In this document: one piece after another, positions 61,164 through 64,000 of the stretch
Position numbering within the stretch: the stretch's first letter is position 1
How the letters are laid out: each line of letters starts with the position of its first letter
Translations under genes and position numbers: made by a program
Notes under the pieces: model-generated
Told to the model about the DNA's origin: nothing
Database searches by the model: none
What the model saw: the letters and a program-made list of their open reading frames with translations, nothing else
Assembly: GCA_964463085.1 (NCBI GenBank)
Contig: CAYXAZ010000001.1
Span: forward strand, 21,906 to 85,905
DNA from: an uncultured Flavobacteriaceae bacterium
Lineage (GTDB): Bacteria; Bacteroidota; Bacteroidia; Flavobacteriales; Flavobacteriaceae
Reading direction: 5' to 3'
DNA length: 64,000 nucleotides

Positions 61164-61237
61164 TCCTCCTTAGCTCAGTTGGTTAGAGCATCTGACTGTT
61201 AATCAGAGGGTCCTTGGTTCGAGCCCAAGAGGAGGAG
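61164..61237 (+). tRNA. tRNA-Asn(GTT)
   Basis: Acceptor TCCTCCT/AGGAGGA, anticodon arm tctga-ctGTTaa-tcaga, GGTTCGAGCCC T-arm. Confidence 0.96.
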
Positions 61238-61246
61238 CTTGAAAAC

Positions 61247-61282
61247 AAAAAACCATCCATAATTTATAGTGGATGGTTTTTT
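61247..61282. terminator. Bidirectional intrinsic terminator
   Basis: aaaaaaccatcca / tggatggtttttt. Confidence 0.85.
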
Positions 61283-61308
61283 CATTACTGATTGTTTTGT
61301 AGTTTTTG

Positions 61309-62916
61309 TTATTCTTCTTTAACTGGTTCTTCAGGTTCAGGTTGAACAACTTTAAACTGAGTTCGTCTATTTAACTGATGTTCATCATTACTACATCGTT
61401 TACCATCGGCACAATCATTTACTAATTGTGTTTCACCAAAGCCTTGACTGGTAATTCTACTGGCATCTATACCTTTAGAAATGATATAATCTACAGTAGA
61501 TTTAGCTCTTCTATCAGATAGTCCCATATTATATGAAGCCGGACCTCTAGAATCAGTATGCGATGTTCCTAAAATTTTCATCTCTGGATACGTTTTCATC
61601 ACATCTATCACTTTATCTAATTGCTGAGCTGCATCCTCTCTAATATCCCATTTATCAAAATCAAAGTATATTTTATCTATATTAACCAATACTTCATCAC
61701 CTACTGCTTTAAATTCTGTAGCTAAATCAATATTTTTCTCTAAAGCAGGAGCATCAATGTCATTTACCGTTTTTACTTCTTGTTTTTCAATTAAATATCC
61801 CGGGTTAGTACCTACTAATGTATAAACACTATTACAAGGCACATCAAAACTATAAGTTGCTTCATCTTCATGAGCAGCAGTTATTTGTAATTGATTTCCT
61901 TCACTATCTAATATTGAAACCATAGCGCCAGGTAATAATTCTTGTGTGTCTTTATCTCTAACTATACCTTTTATAGTTTGTAAACAATCAATGAATACTG
62001 CTTCATCTTGATTAAAAGAATAGATATCATCATCTCCTTTTCCTTCTTTTCTATTTGAAGAAAAATACCCTTTACGCTGAGTATCATCTAAAATATAAGC
62101 AAAGTCGTCTTTTGCAGTATTAACAGGCTGATCTAAGTTTATTGGAATAGAAACCGAATTATCAAAAACCTTACTGGCATAAACATCTAACCTACCATAA
62201 CCTTCATGTCCATTTGATGAAAAGTATAAAATATTATCATCACTAATAAACGGAAACATTTCTCTTTCTTTAGTATTAATTCTATCGCCCATATTTTTAG
62301 GCTCACCAAAGGTTCCATCTTTATGGATATCAACTACATAAATATCTGTTTTACCAATAGATTCAGGTCTGTCAGAAATAAAATACAGTTTTGTTTCATC
62401 TTTATTTAAAGTGGGTAATCCTGACTGGTATTCATCACTATTAAACGGTAATTTTTGAACATTAACCCATTCACCAATTCCATTAACAGAAGCCTTGTAT
62501 AATTGAATATTATCAAACCCTTCTTTACTTTTTATAGATTTATCTTTATTATTATAGTTATTTGCACTAAAATATACTGTTTTAAAGTCTTTAGTAAAAG
62601 TAACCATAGCCTCATGCGCTTTTCTATTAACATCACCTTCTAAATTTTTTTTGTTTATAATTTGACCCGTACTATCTATATCGCCAACAAATAAATCTAA
62701 AAAAGGTTGGTCATTTTCATTCCAAACCTGTCTAATAATTCTTATTTTCTCATTCGGTGAAGCGAAAACAATTCTATTATTATTTAAAAAGGCGACTCCA
62801 AAGTCAGCCTGTTTCGTATTAACATTGAGGTTTCTAATACTATGTTTTCCTGGTGTTGTTTGGGCACTAATTAACACTGAAATCAATAGTAAGCATACAA
62901 TAATAATCTTTTTCAT
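61309..62916 (-). CDS. OmpA-family protein with a WD40-like (PD40) beta-propeller
   Basis: LYFISDRP..G.TDIY and LYFSSNGH.G.G.LDVY repeats; IYFDFDKW...SHTDSRG...LSDRRAKS...NRRTQF OmpA domain. Confidence 0.92.
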   Translation of the reverse strand: MKKIIIVCLLLISVLISAQTTPGKHSIRNLNVNTKQADFGVAFLNNNRIVFASPNEKIRIIRQVWNENDQPFLDLFVGDIDSTGQIINKKNLEGDVNRKAHEAMVTFTKDFKTVYFSANNYNNKDKSIKSKEGFDNIQLYKASVNGIGEWVNVQKLPFNSDEYQSGLPTLNKDETKLYFISDRPESIGKTDIYVVDIHKDGTFGEPKNMGDRINTKEREMFPFISDDNILYFSSNGHEGYGRLDVYASKVFDNSVSIPINLDQPVNTAKDDFAYILDDTQRKGYFSSNRKEGKGDDDIYSFNQDEAVFIDCLQTIKGIVRDKDTQELLPGAMVSILDSEGNQLQITAAHEDEATYSFDVPCNSVYTLVGTNPGYLIEKQEVKTVNDIDAPALEKNIDLATEFKAVGDEVLVNIDKIYFDFDKWDIREDAAQQLDKVIDVMKTYPEMKILGTSHTDSRGPASYNMGLSDRRAKSTVDYIISKGIDASRITSQGFGETQLVNDCADGKRCSNDEHQLNRRTQFKVVQPEPEEPVKEE

Positions 62917-63169
62917 TTTTTTAATTTTAATTTTAATAAAAATATTTTATGACAGATATTATGTGTTAAACCACTAATATATCGGTAAAACATTTACTAT
63001 AATTATAAATTTTATATATTATAAATCTCTGATTCTTTAGAAGTTATCTTCTAAAAAGGGGGAGTGAGATTTAAGAATTGAACGCAAATTTACAAATAAA
63101 TGTTAAAAGTTAATTTATTTTAAGATTAAAACACCTTCTATTAAATATAAGTCATTGATTATAAGTAAA

Positions 63170-63673
63170 TTAAAATATTTTTTTTGTTCTTAATGCTGTA
63201 TCTAATAAAAGTAATACAGATAGACATAAAATACTTACTACTAAAATTGAAGGAATTTGAATATTCTGTGTTAAAGAATTACCTAAATCGGCAATTAGAT
63301 TGTTAGAAACCATTGAAAGTTTAGAAATATAACTGTGATTTTGGGTTGTGGTAGGTTTAGAAAGTAATATATAAACAATAAAGCTTAAGAATAAGAAGAA
63401 AATGATATTCCAATTTTTTTTGCTGATAATTGGTTTATAATCAGTAATGGGGTTAGTACTTACTTTAGCCATTATCTCAATAGAAAAATCAGGTCTAGGA
63501 ACTTCTAAACTATTCTTTTTTAACAATGATGTTAAAATTATATCTTTAAGTATTACCTCATCAGGATTGGTATTCACTTTTGCCATCACTTTATCTGTAA
63601 AATCTATTGATGGTGAATCTAAGTCAATACTTTGAAGCAATTTTTTAGTGATATGTTTTTCTTTATCTGGCAT
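63170..63673 (-). CDS. Putative anti-sigma membrane protein
   Basis: Two DFT/S..MAKV-type repeats and two TM helices; overlaps the ECF sigma stop. Confidence 0.7.
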   Translation of the reverse strand: MPDKEKHITKKLLQSIDLDSPSIDFTDKVMAKVNTNPDEVILKDIILTSLLKKNSLEVPRPDFSIEIMAKVSTNPITDYKPIISKKNWNIIFFLFLSFIVYILLSKPTTTQNHSYISKLSMVSNNLIADLGNSLTQNIQIPSILVVSILCLSVLLLLDTALRTKKIF

Positions 63674-64000
63674 TAAAGAATAGTTTTCAATTCCGTTTTT
63701 AAAATTTTTGAAAGCTCTTTATACAATTTTTTACGAGCTCTAAATAATCTGACTTTTATATTGGTTTTTGTCAATCCTGTAATTTCTATAATTTCATCAA
63801 AAGTATTTTCATTCAAATAAAAAAGCGTGATAAGCAAAGCATCTAATTCTGCCAAAGCATTTATCGCTATAGTAACATACTTTTTTTGTTCTTCAGCTTT
63901 CAATAAATTTAATTGTGGAAAAGAAAAATCTATGGAGTGATTTTCTATTACATACTCATCAATATCTGTCACTTCTAATTTCTTTTTCCTAATTTTAGAA
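63673..64000 (-). CDS. ECF sigma-70 factor, 3' part (5' end lies outside the window)
   Basis: Frame is open to the window edge; region 4 LLITLFYL.E....EI.EITGL...NIKVRLFRARKKL. Confidence 0.88.
   Translation of the reverse strand, partial: SKIRKKKLEVTDIDEYVIENHSIDFSFPQLNLLKAEEQKKYVTIAINALAELDALLITLFYLNENTFDEIIEITGLTKTNIKVRLFRARKKLYKELSKILKTELKTIL

Noticed and set aside
1426-63635. Numerous short ORFs antisense or out of frame to long genes (e.g. 1426-1629, 3378-3644, 12971-13267, 20352-20813, 35168-35506, 36272-36595, 57097-57456)
   Set aside because: Shadow ORFs of well-supported genes, with no independent motifs.

Overview
This is a low-GC Bacteroidota chromosomal window, very likely Flavobacteriaceae: it has TAnnTTTG -7 promoters, SusC/SusD pairs and the exbB-exbD-exbD operon. 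Most of it is conserved housekeeping backbone: ribE, pdxA, rpmF, fabH-accB-accC, ansA, rpoN, asnS, rfbA, rimP-nusA-infB, sucA-sucB and three tRNAs. There are two SusC/D loci. One is controlled by an ECF sigma/FecR pair and feeds two surface lipoproteins that share an uncharacterised C-terminal domain. The other is a DeoR-linked amino-sugar/peptidoglycan scavenging locus (NamZ-like, MurQ, NagB fusion). Three features stand out. (1) A family of 16-18 bp micro-palindromes (TCCCGA-N4/6-TCGGGA) occurs 10 times, all intergenic. Where an empty counterpart is visible, the palindrome replaces a few bases inside another repeat or a tRNA loop, and one copy sits in a duplicated tRNA-Asn 5' half directly upstream of a stand-alone GIY-YIG nuclease. 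(2) A polymorphic-toxin-like lipoprotein/partner module is followed by a displaced orphan C-terminus, a decayed partner paralogue and a duplicated rfbA tail that records the recombination. (3) An ~90-110 bp element sits immediately 5' of ATG-AAA start codons and is bounded by ATGAAA direct repeats. All similarity and family calls were made by eye; no searches were run.
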